A DNA stretch of 26,930 nucleotides from Chthoniobacteraceae bacterium (GCA_044376275.1 JBILLC010000001.1:1-26930), one strand, 5' to 3'; shown: positions 17,015 to 25,795, counted from the stretch's first letter. The notes: generated from the sequence alone by a model not told the origin. Program-made: numbers and translations.

Positions 17015-18217
17015 ATGAAAGGAAAACAACTCGCTCTACTTCTTGCCGCCTGCCTCGTGCTCGGGGCCGTGTGGTTGAATTCTTCGAAGACTAGGCAGGC
17101 GTCCTGGGCTGAAACACCCAAGGGCGGCGGCAAGGTCATGGAATTCGCGCTAAACGACGTCTCTAAAATCCTCATCAAAAGCCCGTCCGGTGAACTCAAT
17201 CTCGTCAGAAAAGACGAAGTCTGGTCCGTTCAAGAGCGGGATTACGCCGCCAACTTTGAACAGGTCAGGGGACTGTTGCGCAAACTTTGGGACCTGAAGA
17301 CGGTTCAGGAAGTCAAGGTTGGCGCCTCTCAGTTCGCGCGGCTGGACCTGCAGGAGCCGGGCAGCGCAGAGAACGCCGGTACTCTCATCCAGTTCTACGC
17401 TGCCGACGGAAAGGATTTGGGCTCGCTGCTTCTGGGCAAAAAGCACATGCGCAAAGCCGAAGGCGGAATGGACCTTGGTTTTGGCGCAGAAGGCTTCCCC
17501 TCGGGCCGCTACGTGAAACCTTCGAGCTCCAGTAAGGTTTCACTCATTTCCGAGACTTTGGATGAAGTGGATGCCACTGCCACGCGCTGGCTCTCGACGG
17601 ATTTCGTCCATGTGAGCGGACCAAAATCCGTCACCGTGAAGGGCGAGAACAGCTGGTCGCTATCCAGAGGTGCAGCCACAGAAGACTGGAAGCTAGCCGA
17701 CGCGAAAGAGGATGAGAAAGTCGACTCAGCAAAAGTCTCTTCGCTTGGAAATCTTCTCTCGACGGCATCTATCGCAGACGTGCTTGGAGCGGACGCGAAG
17801 CTCGAGCCAGTTGTCACAGCGAACATCGATACCTTTGATGGATTTCATTACGAAGTACAGATTGGCAAGGAGGACTCGTCCAATCGTCCTGTGACGGTCA
17901 AGGTCACCGCTGATATTCCCAAGGAGCGCACTGCTGCAGCGGATGAGAAGCCGGAGGACAAAGCGCGCTTGGATTCCGAGTTCACGACTAAACAAACGCA
18001 GCTCAACGAGCAATTGACAAAGGAAAAGGCTTTCGAGGGACGCGTGTATTTGGTTTCGCAGTTCCAAGTGGACGCGCTTCTGAAGGACCGCAAGAGCTTG
18101 CTGGCGGAGCCACCTGCTCCACCTGCGCCTCCACAATCTCCGGCAGAACCGGCCCCGGCTCCAGCTCCGGCCCCTGCCCCAGCTCCGGCTCCGGCTCCAG
18201 AGCAGTCAAAGAAGTAA
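17015..18217 (+). CDS. DUF4340 domain-containing membrane-anchored protein
   Basis: N-terminal TM, then L.RKDEVWSV...YAANFEQVRGLLRKL, LLLGK and RYVK, with an internally duplicated module (W.L...VDSAKVSSL). It sits in the typical fourth position of GldA/F/G-like operons. Confidence 0.75.
   Translation: MKGKQLALLLAACLVLGAVWLNSSKTRQASWAETPKGGGKVMEFALNDVSKILIKSPSGELNLVRKDEVWSVQERDYAANFEQVRGLLRKLWDLKTVQEVKVGASQFARLDLQEPGSAENAGTLIQFYAADGKDLGSLLLGKKHMRKAEGGMDLGFGAEGFPSGRYVKPSSSSKVSLISETLDEVDATATRWLSTDFVHVSGPKSVTVKGENSWSLSRGAATEDWKLADAKEDEKVDSAKVSSLGNLLSTASIADVLGADAKLEPVVTANIDTFDGFHYEVQIGKEDSSNRPVTVKVTADIPKERTAAADEKPEDKARLDSEFTTKQTQLNEQLTKEKAFEGRVYLVSQFQVDALLKDRKSLLAEPPAPPAPPQSPAEPAPAPAPAPAPAPAPAPEQSKK
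18149..18199 (+). repeat. Coding hexanucleotide repeat (CCN GCN)x8 encoding a Pro-Ala tail
   Basis: ccg gcc ccg gct cca gct ccg gcc cct gcc cca gct ccg gct ccg gct cca encodes PAPAPAPAPAPAPAPAP. Confidence 0.9.
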
Positions 18218-18325
18218 CGAGCCTTCATGACAACGGTCCACGGAGTGCAAGTTGCTGTTCTTGACGCACAACAATCTTCGGACACAAAGCTGTGCATCCC
18301 TCCGAGAGCCGGCTAAGGTCACCGA

Positions 18326-18682
18326 GTGAAGGTTGAGCGTGTTAAATACATCATCTGGGCCAAGGACATTGACCGCGCCGTCAGATTCTATGCATCCGCG
18401 TTTGATGGCGAAGTAGTCCGTCAAAACGACGTCATCAGCGAGGTCCGTATCGCGGATGCGCTGATTGGCATTCATAGCGGCGGCGAATCGGAGCGCACAT
18501 GGACCGGCATGGCTTTCCAAGTTGGCGATCTTTTTGAAGGCTGCCGCTTGGTCAAAGCGCATGGTGGCCAGGTTTTGCGCGAGCCTGAAGATACGCCCGA
18601 GGAACCCGCCCACCTCGCGATGTGTGCAGACTCCGAGGGGAATGAGATCATGCTCACCAAAGTGCGGCATCGCTCCACCTAA
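18326..18682 (+). CDS. VOC (glyoxalase/bleomycin resistance) family protein
   Basis: IIWAKDIDRAVRFYASAF, MAFQVGDL, VKAHGG and CADSEGNEIML. GTG start. Confidence 0.85.
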   Translation: MKVERVKYIIWAKDIDRAVRFYASAFDGEVVRQNDVISEVRIADALIGIHSGGESERTWTGMAFQVGDLFEGCRLVKAHGGQVLREPEDTPEEPAHLAMCADSEGNEIMLTKVRHRST

Positions 18683-18713
18683 ACACTGCGCACCTTTGTA
18701 CCCTTCCTCTCCT

Positions 18714-20210
18714 ATGAAAAAGGGCGCATTGTGCTTCCTCCTCGCGTTCTTTTTCCAAGTGCCGTGCCTCGTTTTCGCGGCGCGGTCCGCGGCGGATCGA
18801 CCGAACATCGTTTTCATCCTCGCAGATGATCTCGGACACGGCGACGTTGGCTGTTATGGAGCCAAGCATATTCGGACGCCCAACATCGACCGGATCGCCT
18901 CTGAGGGGATGCGGCTTACAAGCTTCTACGTTGCACAACCGGTGTGCACCGCCTCGCGTGCAGCGTTATTGAGCGGTTGTTATTCAAACCGCGTAGGCAT
19001 GGGTGGAGCGCTCAATCACACGAGCTTCACCGGCATTCATCCGCGCGAAAAGCTGATCAGTTCGCTCTTAAAAGAGCAGGGCTACGCCGCCGCCGCTTAC
19101 GGGAAATGGCATCTCGGGCATCATCCGATCTTCTGGCCGACGCATCGCGGGTTTGATGAATTCTTCGGGCTGCCATATTCCAACGACAACGGACCACTTC
19201 ATCCCGTGACGCCGGACATTCCAGCACTGCCACTTTACGAGGGGGACAACGTGATCGAGCTTGATCCTGATCAAAGTTTGTTTACGCGGCGCATTACCGA
19301 CCGCGCCGTGCAGTTCATCCAGAAAAATGCCGACAATCCATTTTTCCTTTATGTGCCGCACATCATGCCGCATGTGCCGATTTTTGCCTCCAAAGCGTGG
19401 AAGGGCAGAAGTAACGCCGGCGTGTACGGAGACGTGGTCGAGGAACTCGATGCTGCGGTGGGCGAAATCCTCGACGCTTTAAAGCAAACGGGCATTGAGC
19501 AGAACACCATTGTGGTGTTCACCTCGGATAACGGTCCCTTCCTTTCCTACGGTGAACACGCCGGATCAGCGGCGCCGTTTCGCGAAGGCAAACTTACTAC
19601 TTTTGAAGGAGGCGTGAGGATGCCGTGCCTGATCCGCTGGCCCGGCCGAGTGCCGGCTGGCACCGTTTCGGATGCGTTGTTTGCGGCGATGGATTTTTAT
19701 CCCACGTTCGCCAAGCTTTGCGGGGCGCCTCTGCCGGACGCAAAACTGGATGGAATAGACCTGTCCCCGGTCCTCTTGGGGAAGCCGGATGCATCGGGCC
19801 GGGAGACGCTTTGGTACTATTCGGGCGATGAACTGCAAGCGGTTCGCAAGGGCCCTTGGAAGCTGCATATCCCTCACGAGTATCTCACCGTTGCCGCTGC
19901 ACCGGGCCGCGGAGGCAAGCCTTCAAATTGGGGCAAGCTTAAGCCTCAATCAATTCAGGAAAGCGGCATTCGCGGCATCGCAAGCCGTCACGGTTACCGG
20001 GTCGAATCGTTGCCATTATCGCTTTTTAACCTGCAAACCGACCCGGGTGAGAAGCGCAACTGTGCGGCAGAGTTTCCAGAAATCGTCAGCGAGCTCCAAA
20101 CGATTGTTGCTGCTGCGCGCGCCGAACTCGGAGACGGGCCATCTGCGGTGTCCGCACCAGGTGTGCGGCCCGCCGGCGACGCGCGATCGGGGGCTTCAGT
20201 GCCGCGGTAG
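18714..20210 (+). CDS. Sulfatase (arylsulfatase A-like, Cys-type), secreted
   Basis: Signal peptide, PNIVFILADDLG, TPNID, CTASRAALLSG, GKWHLG, SDNGP and EGGVRMP. Start trimmed to the ATG at 18714. Confidence 0.95.
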   Translation: MKKGALCFLLAFFFQVPCLVFAARSAADRPNIVFILADDLGHGDVGCYGAKHIRTPNIDRIASEGMRLTSFYVAQPVCTASRAALLSGCYSNRVGMGGALNHTSFTGIHPREKLISSLLKEQGYAAAAYGKWHLGHHPIFWPTHRGFDEFFGLPYSNDNGPLHPVTPDIPALPLYEGDNVIELDPDQSLFTRRITDRAVQFIQKNADNPFFLYVPHIMPHVPIFASKAWKGRSNAGVYGDVVEELDAAVGEILDALKQTGIEQNTIVVFTSDNGPFLSYGEHAGSAAPFREGKLTTFEGGVRMPCLIRWPGRVPAGTVSDALFAAMDFYPTFAKLCGAPLPDAKLDGIDLSPVLLGKPDASGRETLWYYSGDELQAVRKGPWKLHIPHEYLTVAAAPGRGGKPSNWGKLKPQSIQESGIRGIASRHGYRVESLPLSLFNLQTDPGEKRNCAAEFPEIVSELQTIVAAARAELGDGPSAVSAPGVRPAGDARSGASVPR

Positions 20211-20299
20211 TGCAAAGGCAGGGACCCTGATTTTCGAAGTCTGGACGTTTTGTACACTTCGCGCTTTGCCCTGAGTGCGGATCTTGTCTTTCATGCTCT

Positions 20300-20899
20300 A
20301 TGATCCACCTCACTCGATCCGTGCACCGCGTTTTGACATCTTGCCGTTTTGCTTCGCAGGGTCTGCTAGTTTTGTTGCTCGCGTTGTGCTGCTCATGTGC
20401 GCATCGGCCGCGCACGGTTCGAATGGCGACAGATCACCGATTGCGGCTCGCCTCCGGCGAGGCTTGTTTCATTTCAACCGCATTCACGAAGCCTGAAGGC
20501 GATGCATGCGGACCGCAGGTGCTGAGACGCATGCTTCAAGCGGAGCTTAGCGCCTTGGGCATGCCGATCGGTCCGGCTTCAGATGCTGCATTTGAGCTGG
20601 TGATGGAGTGTCGCAATCTTCCAGAGGCGCCGCGAAACCAGCCGCCTTTGGCGCCCGGCTCGCGACTTTGGTATCAGCGCCGTTTTTATGCGCCCACTTT
20701 TGCGAGGACAAATCCGGATTTGTCTAAGAGCGGTAAGCGCCAACTCAGCCTTCGAGTTTACACAAATAAATCCGCGCCTGCATCGGAGCGGCTGCCTTTG
20801 TGGGAGGCGAAAGTCCATTGCCAGGGGGCATCCGACGAAGAGATGAGGGCGGCGGTCCGATCGCTCGCGGTAGCGTTGAATGGGCAGAGGATGCAGTAA
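20300..20899 (+). CDS. Hypothetical protein, putative lipoprotein
   Basis: Hydrophobic stretch ending LLALCCSC (lipobox-like). The ORF fills the gap between the sulfatase and Dabb genes. The C-terminal LSLRVY...LWEAKV is loosely reminiscent of DUF4136. The start is uncertain. Confidence 0.55.
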   Translation: MIHLTRSVHRVLTSCRFASQGLLVLLLALCCSCAHRPRTVRMATDHRLRLASGEACFISTAFTKPEGDACGPQVLRRMLQAELSALGMPIGPASDAAFELVMECRNLPEAPRNQPPLAPGSRLWYQRRFYAPTFARTNPDLSKSGKRQLSLRVYTNKSAPASERLPLWEAKVHCQGASDEEMRAAVRSLAVALNGQRMQ

Positions 20900-21048
20900 A
20901 GCCTGCAGCCCGAGGATCTCAGCCGAACATGGGTGTTCTGGCGCTACACGATTCGCGACACACGGTTCACACCTGCGGGCGAGTTGCAAAGAAATCTTTA
21001 GCCCAGCGTCTTGTTCCGGTAGTGAAGGGAACGCTTAATCTCAACTTT

Positions 21049-21357
21049 ATGATTATTCACAACGTCTATTTCTGGCTTAAGAAAGATCTCACCTCCGAGC
21101 AGCGCGCGACGTTCGAGGAGGAGCTTAGGAAACTTGCTCAGATTCCGTATCTAGCTGCGTCTTTCATTGGCAAACCGGCGCCTACTGAGGAGCGGCCCGT
21201 GACAGATCACTCTTTTGATTACTCAAGCGCCCTGCATTTCAAAACAATGGCAGACCACGAACACTATCAGGCGGGCTGCGAGCATCACAGCCGGTTTGTG
21301 CAGATCTGCAGACCGATGTTTGAGCGGGTGGTTGTGTACGATTATTCGCCGATGTAA
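21049..21357 (+). CDS. Dabb family (stress-responsive A/B barrel) protein
   Basis: MIIHNVYFWLK...FIGKPA...SFDYSSALHF...HYQ...H..FV...VVVYDY. Start trimmed to the ATG at 21049. Confidence 0.88.
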   Translation: MIIHNVYFWLKKDLTSEQRATFEEELRKLAQIPYLAASFIGKPAPTEERPVTDHSFDYSSALHFKTMADHEHYQAGCEHHSRFVQICRPMFERVVVYDYSPM

Positions 21358-21408
21358 GCCGCAAGGAGAGCGGCAGCAAACGCTTCAGCGCTCTTCAGCA
21401 GACAGCCG

Positions 21409-22839
21409 CTAATTTTTCCGATTTGCTTTTCGAGGCTTCTCGGATTCGACCTTCGCGTTTGGCTTGGGCATCGGTGCGCTGATCTCATCGCGCCATGCCA
21501 CAAGTTTTGAGTGAAGTTCAGCGGTCTTTTCAGGCATCAACGCGGCGAGGTTCTTGGTTTCGCCGATGTCGTCCTTGAGATTGTATAATTCAAGCACTTG
21601 ACCCTCGAGGAACTCCATGAGTTTCCAGTCGCCCACTTCAATGAGACTGACGGGAGTTGTGCGCCATTTTCCGGGGCCCATACCGAGGTAACCCGGGAAG
21701 TGCTGAAAAATGGCCTCGCGCACCAGCGATCCAGACGGACCCCGCAGAATCGGCAGCAGGCTTGCGCCGTCCAATGGCTGGTTTTTTGGGGCTTCCGCTG
21801 AGGCAATTTCGAGAAGCGTCGGATACACATCCACGTGGATGGCGGGAACATCGCTGGTGGAGCCTGGCTGGATCACACCAGGCCACCGCATGATGAACGG
21901 CACCCGTGTACCGCCCTCGTACAGGCTCCCCTTGCCGCTGCGCAAAGGTGCGTTATCGGTGATGGATCCGTCTCCGCCTTTGGCGAGGCCCTCGCGTTGG
22001 TAACCTCCGACGCCGCCGTTGTCGCTGCTGAAAACAAACACCGTGTTCTTGGATAGTTGAAGTTCATCGAGCAGCCCCATCAAACGACCCACGCTCTCAT
22101 CCACGCTCGCAATCATCGCAGCGTAAACCGGATTTTTGTGACCGCCTTCTCCCTGTTTTGTTTTGAAATGTTCGACCCAATTCGGCTTCGCTTCGTGAGG
22201 GGCGTGCACGCCAAAATGGGGAAGGTAGAGAAAAAACGGCTCGTCTTTGTGCGCCCGAATGAAGTGCTCAGCTTTTTCGGTTAGAAAATCCGCGAGATAC
22301 TGTCCTTTTGGATAATCTGTCCTCGGGTTTGTTTGAAAATCGAAGTGCACTCCCATCGATACGATCGCCTCGTCGAATCCACGCCTTTTCGGGTGGTAAT
22401 CCGCGTCCTCGCCAAGGTGCCATTTTCCAAACATTCCCGTGGCATAGCCGGCTGTTTTCAGGGCCTGCGCGATGGTGGTTTTGTCGAGAGGCAGCTTGGT
22501 GGTGTTTTGAACGGGCACAAGCGGACGAGATTTCCAGTCGAACCGGTCGATTCCGCCGACGGTGTACACGCCGGTCCGGGCACCGTACTGTCCGGTCATC
22601 AGCGCCGCGCGAGTGGGCTGGCAATTCTGACAGTTGTGGTAACGCGTCAACCGCGCACCCTCGGAGGCAAGCTTGTCGATATTGGGGGTTTCGTAATACC
22701 GAGAGCCCTGCACGCCGAGGTCGGTCCATCCCAGGTCGTCGGCGAGGACATAAATAATGTTGGGTTTGCGGGCGGCGGCGCCTTCGGCGAGAAAGCTCGT
22801 GGGCAACAGAAGGCAGGTGACGAGGGGCAGAAGTTTCAC
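21409..22839 (-). CDS. Sulfatase (Cys-type), secreted
   Basis: KPNIIYVLADDLG, TPNID, CQPTRAALMTG, GKWHLG, SDNGG and YEGGTRVP. Signal peptide from the GTG at 22839. Confidence 0.95.
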   Translation of the reverse strand: MKLLPLVTCLLLPTSFLAEGAAARKPNIIYVLADDLGWTDLGVQGSRYYETPNIDKLASEGARLTRYHNCQNCQPTRAALMTGQYGARTGVYTVGGIDRFDWKSRPLVPVQNTTKLPLDKTTIAQALKTAGYATGMFGKWHLGEDADYHPKRRGFDEAIVSMGVHFDFQTNPRTDYPKGQYLADFLTEKAEHFIRAHKDEPFFLYLPHFGVHAPHEAKPNWVEHFKTKQGEGGHKNPVYAAMIASVDESVGRLMGLLDELQLSKNTVFVFSSDNGGVGGYQREGLAKGGDGSITDNAPLRSGKGSLYEGGTRVPFIMRWPGVIQPGSTSDVPAIHVDVYPTLLEIASAEAPKNQPLDGASLLPILRGPSGSLVREAIFQHFPGYLGMGPGKWRTTPVSLIEVGDWKLMEFLEGQVLELYNLKDDIGETKNLAALMPEKTAELHSKLVAWRDEISAPMPKPNAKVESEKPRKANRKN

Positions 22840-22998
22840 GTTTGCAGTTGGACAGACGGTTGAGGGCGCAATGTTGCGCGATGGCACCATTGAAACCCCC
22901 TCTCTAGGGATTTGTTGCGGTGCCCCGGGTCTGGAGCCCTCTGAAAGGCTAGCGCCACTGAAACGAACGGGTGCGGCTCCAAGTGCTGAAAAAAACGC

Positions 22999-23027
22999 TT
23001 GGCACCCTTTGCGATGACTTCTAGGGT
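22999..23027 (+). promoter_or_regulatory. Sigma70-like promoter of tRNA-Gly
   Basis: TTGGCA (22999-23004), a 17-nt spacer, then TAGGGT (23022-23027). It is preceded by an A-tract (aaaaaaa) and lies 17 nt upstream of the tRNA. Confidence 0.6.
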
Positions 23028-23044
23028 GTGGGCCATTAGAAGAT

Positions 23045-23120
23045 GCGGGTGTAGCTCAGTTGGTAGAGCACTTCCTTGCCAAGGAAGATGTCGCGCGTTC
23101 GAATCGCGTCACCCGCTCCA
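23045..23120 (+). tRNA. tRNA-Gly (anticodon GCC)
   Basis: 76 nt. Acceptor stem GCGGGTG/CACCCGC, D-arm GCTC..GAGC, anticodon stem CTTCC/GGAAG with loop TT-GCC-AA, GTTCGAATC T-loop, U73 discriminator and encoded CCA. Confidence 0.98.
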
Positions 23121-23154
23121 ATCTTCTCTCCGAAACTCTGCTAAAGCTCCTCTT

Positions 23155-24381
23155 CTACCGGTTAGCTCCAACCTGGTAGCCATTCCACAACCACTCAAGA
23201 GCGTGTGGAAGCAGCTGCGGCCTCACGTTCCCGATCCCGTGTCCGGCGTTCAAACAGTACACGTACTGGTAGTGATAGCCTTTGGCTTTGAGCACCCCGG
23301 CCATCCGGTTGTTTGCCTCCACCCAGTCGTGCATGTCATCCCGCATGACATTTGGGTTGAGCAAATCCCGGTCACCCACCGCCATGAAAATGCGAAGCGG
23401 TTTGGGAGCGCTCTCCGGAATAAGCTTTTGATGAAAACCCCATGCTCCATCGGGAGTCTCCGGATTGAACGGCCACTGCTGGTTCACAAAAGTGCCGGAG
23501 AACGTCAGCACCCGGTGGTAAAGCTCAGGATGATACCACGCCATGATCAACGCCGCGGAACCGCCCGAACTGTTGCCCATCGTCGCGCGCCCCTCAGGAT
23601 CTTTCGTCAGTTTCAGCCCGTAATTTTTCTCCACCAACGGCAGCACCTCCTCCTCGATAAACTCCGCGTACAATCCCGACATCGTGTCGTACTCGCGCCC
23701 GCGCTCGTGCCCCTGCGCGTCACCACCCCCGCTTGAGATCATGATCGCGACCATCGCAGGCACCCGGCGCTGCGCGATCAGATTGTCGAGCAAGTGCGCA
23801 AAATTCATATCCGGGCGACCCATCGGCGGCCCGTCATGTCCGACCAGAAACGGCGCAAAAGTTCCCTGCTGATACTGCGCTGGGATGTACACCGTGACGG
23901 TGCGCATGTAATCAATCGGGTGCGTTTCCACAATCAACGTCTTCGGGTTGTTCGGGTCCACCGTGCCAAACACATCCCGAGCAATCCCAGGGTTGAAACG
24001 TTTACAGTCCTTCGAGTTGATCACAAACTGCTCGACTCTTCCCTGAGGCACGCCCTCTGCCACCTTCAACTCCGGCGCTGCCACGTACTCGGGGCCAATC
24101 ACAAAGTCACCATCTACATCGATGGGAGGATTGCGTCCCGGCATTCCATCAAGGCGCGCGAACTTGGGCGCCCCGGGCGCATCGAAAGGGCGAGTGGGTG
24201 GTTGCGGCCGCTCGGGCTTTTTCTGCGAAGCAGCCTGGGCCGGCTGCGTGGCCTGCGTGGATTGGACGGGCTTTGCAGCCTGATTGATTTGGGACACTCG
24301 GTTGTCAGCACTAAAGCCGCAAATCGAAATCGAAAAGCTGAACCCAAGAAAACCGAGTGTTCGGACAAGTGAGAGCGTCAT
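23155..24381 (-). CDS. Secreted esterase, enterochelin esterase (Fes)-like alpha/beta hydrolase
   Basis: RTVTVYIPAQY, HDG, LDNLIAQRRVPAMVAIMI, GREYD, nucleophile elbow GNSSGG, VLTFSGT and NAGHG. Signal peptide from the ATG at 24381. Confidence 0.85.
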   Translation of the reverse strand: MTLSLVRTLGFLGFSFSISICGFSADNRVSQINQAAKPVQSTQATQPAQAASQKKPERPQPPTRPFDAPGAPKFARLDGMPGRNPPIDVDGDFVIGPEYVAAPELKVAEGVPQGRVEQFVINSKDCKRFNPGIARDVFGTVDPNNPKTLIVETHPIDYMRTVTVYIPAQYQQGTFAPFLVGHDGPPMGRPDMNFAHLLDNLIAQRRVPAMVAIMISSGGGDAQGHERGREYDTMSGLYAEFIEEEVLPLVEKNYGLKLTKDPEGRATMGNSSGGSAALIMAWYHPELYHRVLTFSGTFVNQQWPFNPETPDGAWGFHQKLIPESAPKPLRIFMAVGDRDLLNPNVMRDDMHDWVEANNRMAGVLKAKGYHYQYVYCLNAGHGIGNVRPQLLPHALEWLWNGYQVGANR

Positions 24382-24413
24382 GAGGTGGTGATGGATTTTT
24401 GAAAATAACTCGC

Positions 24414-25616
24414 TTATCGCTCTGGATTTTTCGACGGCAATTTCGTCGGCCCCTTTTTCCAGTTCAACCCGCGCGCGATCCATTCGTAGGATTCCATCCG
24501 CTCGTTGTCTGGAAAGTCGTGCTCACAGTCTGGGTGACGGATCAGCAAGTTTTCGGGCACCCCGTGTAACGCGAACACCGGACGCGCTGCGTTGGCAACG
24601 CGATCAACACTATCCCAGCGAAAGTTCGCATCCCGAATCGGTGCGTTCACATAAACCAAGCGTGGTGCAAGGCATGCAATCAACTCGTAGTAGTCCCAGG
24701 GAACAGCGGCGGCGTTATGCATGAATTCACCCATTGCGAGCATGTACCGATCCTGCACGAAGCCCTTGAGATTTCCCCCGTAGTAGTCGAGTAGCGAATC
24801 AAACCCGCAACTGCTGACTACCACCTGGATCCGCGCATCGAATAGCGACGTAAAAATTGCATTGTGTCCGCCCAGCGAATGACCGATCGCAGCGAACCCG
24901 TGTTGGGAGTCAACGAACGGGAGCGATTGAAGGTAGTCGAGGCCGCGGATGTTGTCCCAAATCGCCTTCATCGTGCCGCTCGGCATTTGAAGCGCTTTGA
25001 GGTCGGGCTGGTAATCTGCCAGCAATGGATAAGAGGGGGACAGCGTCACGAACCCGCGCTCAGCAAGCTCCGTCGCATATTGCCGGTGCGGCTTGCCGCC
25101 CAAACCCACGACAACTTTGAATCCGATCTTATTTTCCGTTGGATGCAGGCACAAAACAGCGGGTGCTTTTTCTCCATGCAACGCGGCTTTCGGTATGCAC
25201 AAGTACGCGGGCACACGCCCCCCCGGTTGCGATTGGTACGAAATCAAGCGCCGCACATAAGCGCCGCAATCCTCCTCTTCCACGACGGCTGGTTCGAGGG
25301 CGCATGCGTCCTCTTTCGACGGCAGCTTGCCCGCTACCTTTTGGAAACCCTCGAGCGCTTCCGCCCGGCGCGCTTGCCACTGGCTGGCATCCGCCGCCTT
25401 CACGGTTCCCCCACCCGAGCCGGCCCGGATCTCGAGTAGATTGGCCCGGCTCAATCCCCGCAGCGGTTCGATTGCACCCTGCCCTCCATTTGCAACATTT
25501 GGAGCACTGGTCGGACCTTGGGAATTCGCCGCGTTCAACAGACAAGGCGCGGACACAAGGCGGATCGCGATGCAGAATACGCCAAACGACAGAAAAATCT
25601 GGCTGGAGGGGTGCAT
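24414..25616 (-). CDS. Secreted alpha/beta hydrolase (dienelactone hydrolase/acetyl xylan esterase-like)
   Basis: VPAYLCIP, PAVLCLHPT, ELAERGFVTLSP, WDNIRGLDYL, nucleophile elbow GHSLGG, IAPR and EHDFP. Start trimmed to the ATG at 25616. Confidence 0.85.
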   Translation of the reverse strand: MHPSSQIFLSFGVFCIAIRLVSAPCLLNAANSQGPTSAPNVANGGQGAIEPLRGLSRANLLEIRAGSGGGTVKAADASQWQARRAEALEGFQKVAGKLPSKEDACALEPAVVEEEDCGAYVRRLISYQSQPGGRVPAYLCIPKAALHGEKAPAVLCLHPTENKIGFKVVVGLGGKPHRQYATELAERGFVTLSPSYPLLADYQPDLKALQMPSGTMKAIWDNIRGLDYLQSLPFVDSQHGFAAIGHSLGGHNAIFTSLFDARIQVVVSSCGFDSLLDYYGGNLKGFVQDRYMLAMGEFMHNAAAVPWDYYELIACLAPRLVYVNAPIRDANFRWDSVDRVANAARPVFALHGVPENLLIRHPDCEHDFPDNERMESYEWIARGLNWKKGPTKLPSKNPER

Positions 25617-25795
25617 GCCAGACCTTTGAACGAGCGAGACCCGCGTGCAAGTCGATTTCCCGTGTGGCTTTTGCGTGGCACGGAATCGGGTCATGCCCAG
25701 CCGGCCCTCTGATGTGGAAGTGATTCGATGAAACGCTCATCCCCCAGCCGCATGCAGGCGGTCTCGGCCGATTCAGTGGTGTTGGAAATTGAACC

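Noticed and set aside
21358-21374. GCCGC-AAGGAGA-GCGGC hairpin between the convergent Dabb and sulfatase genes as an intrinsic terminator
   Set aside because: The stem is only 5 bp and there is no U-tract on either strand, so it is too weak to call.
22880-22930. GCGATGG… as a fluoride riboswitch, and nearby GCCACTG as a cobalamin riboswitch fragment
   Set aside because: The remaining consensus elements are absent and the adjacent genes (sulfatase, tRNA) do not fit either regulon.
22999-23012. Possible sigma54 promoter TGGCAC…TTGC upstream of tRNA-Gly
   Set aside because: The GG-to-GC spacing is 8 nt rather than the required 10. The sigma70 reading fits better.
24230-24290. Short repeats (CTGCGTGG x2, GCAGCCTG x2) in the esterase gene
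   Set aside because: They are explained by a Gln/Ala/Pro-rich linker after the signal peptide (QSTQATQPAQAASQ).
25676-25696. TGGCACG upstream of groEL as a sigma54 -24 box
   Set aside because: The -12 position reads CGGG rather than TTGC.
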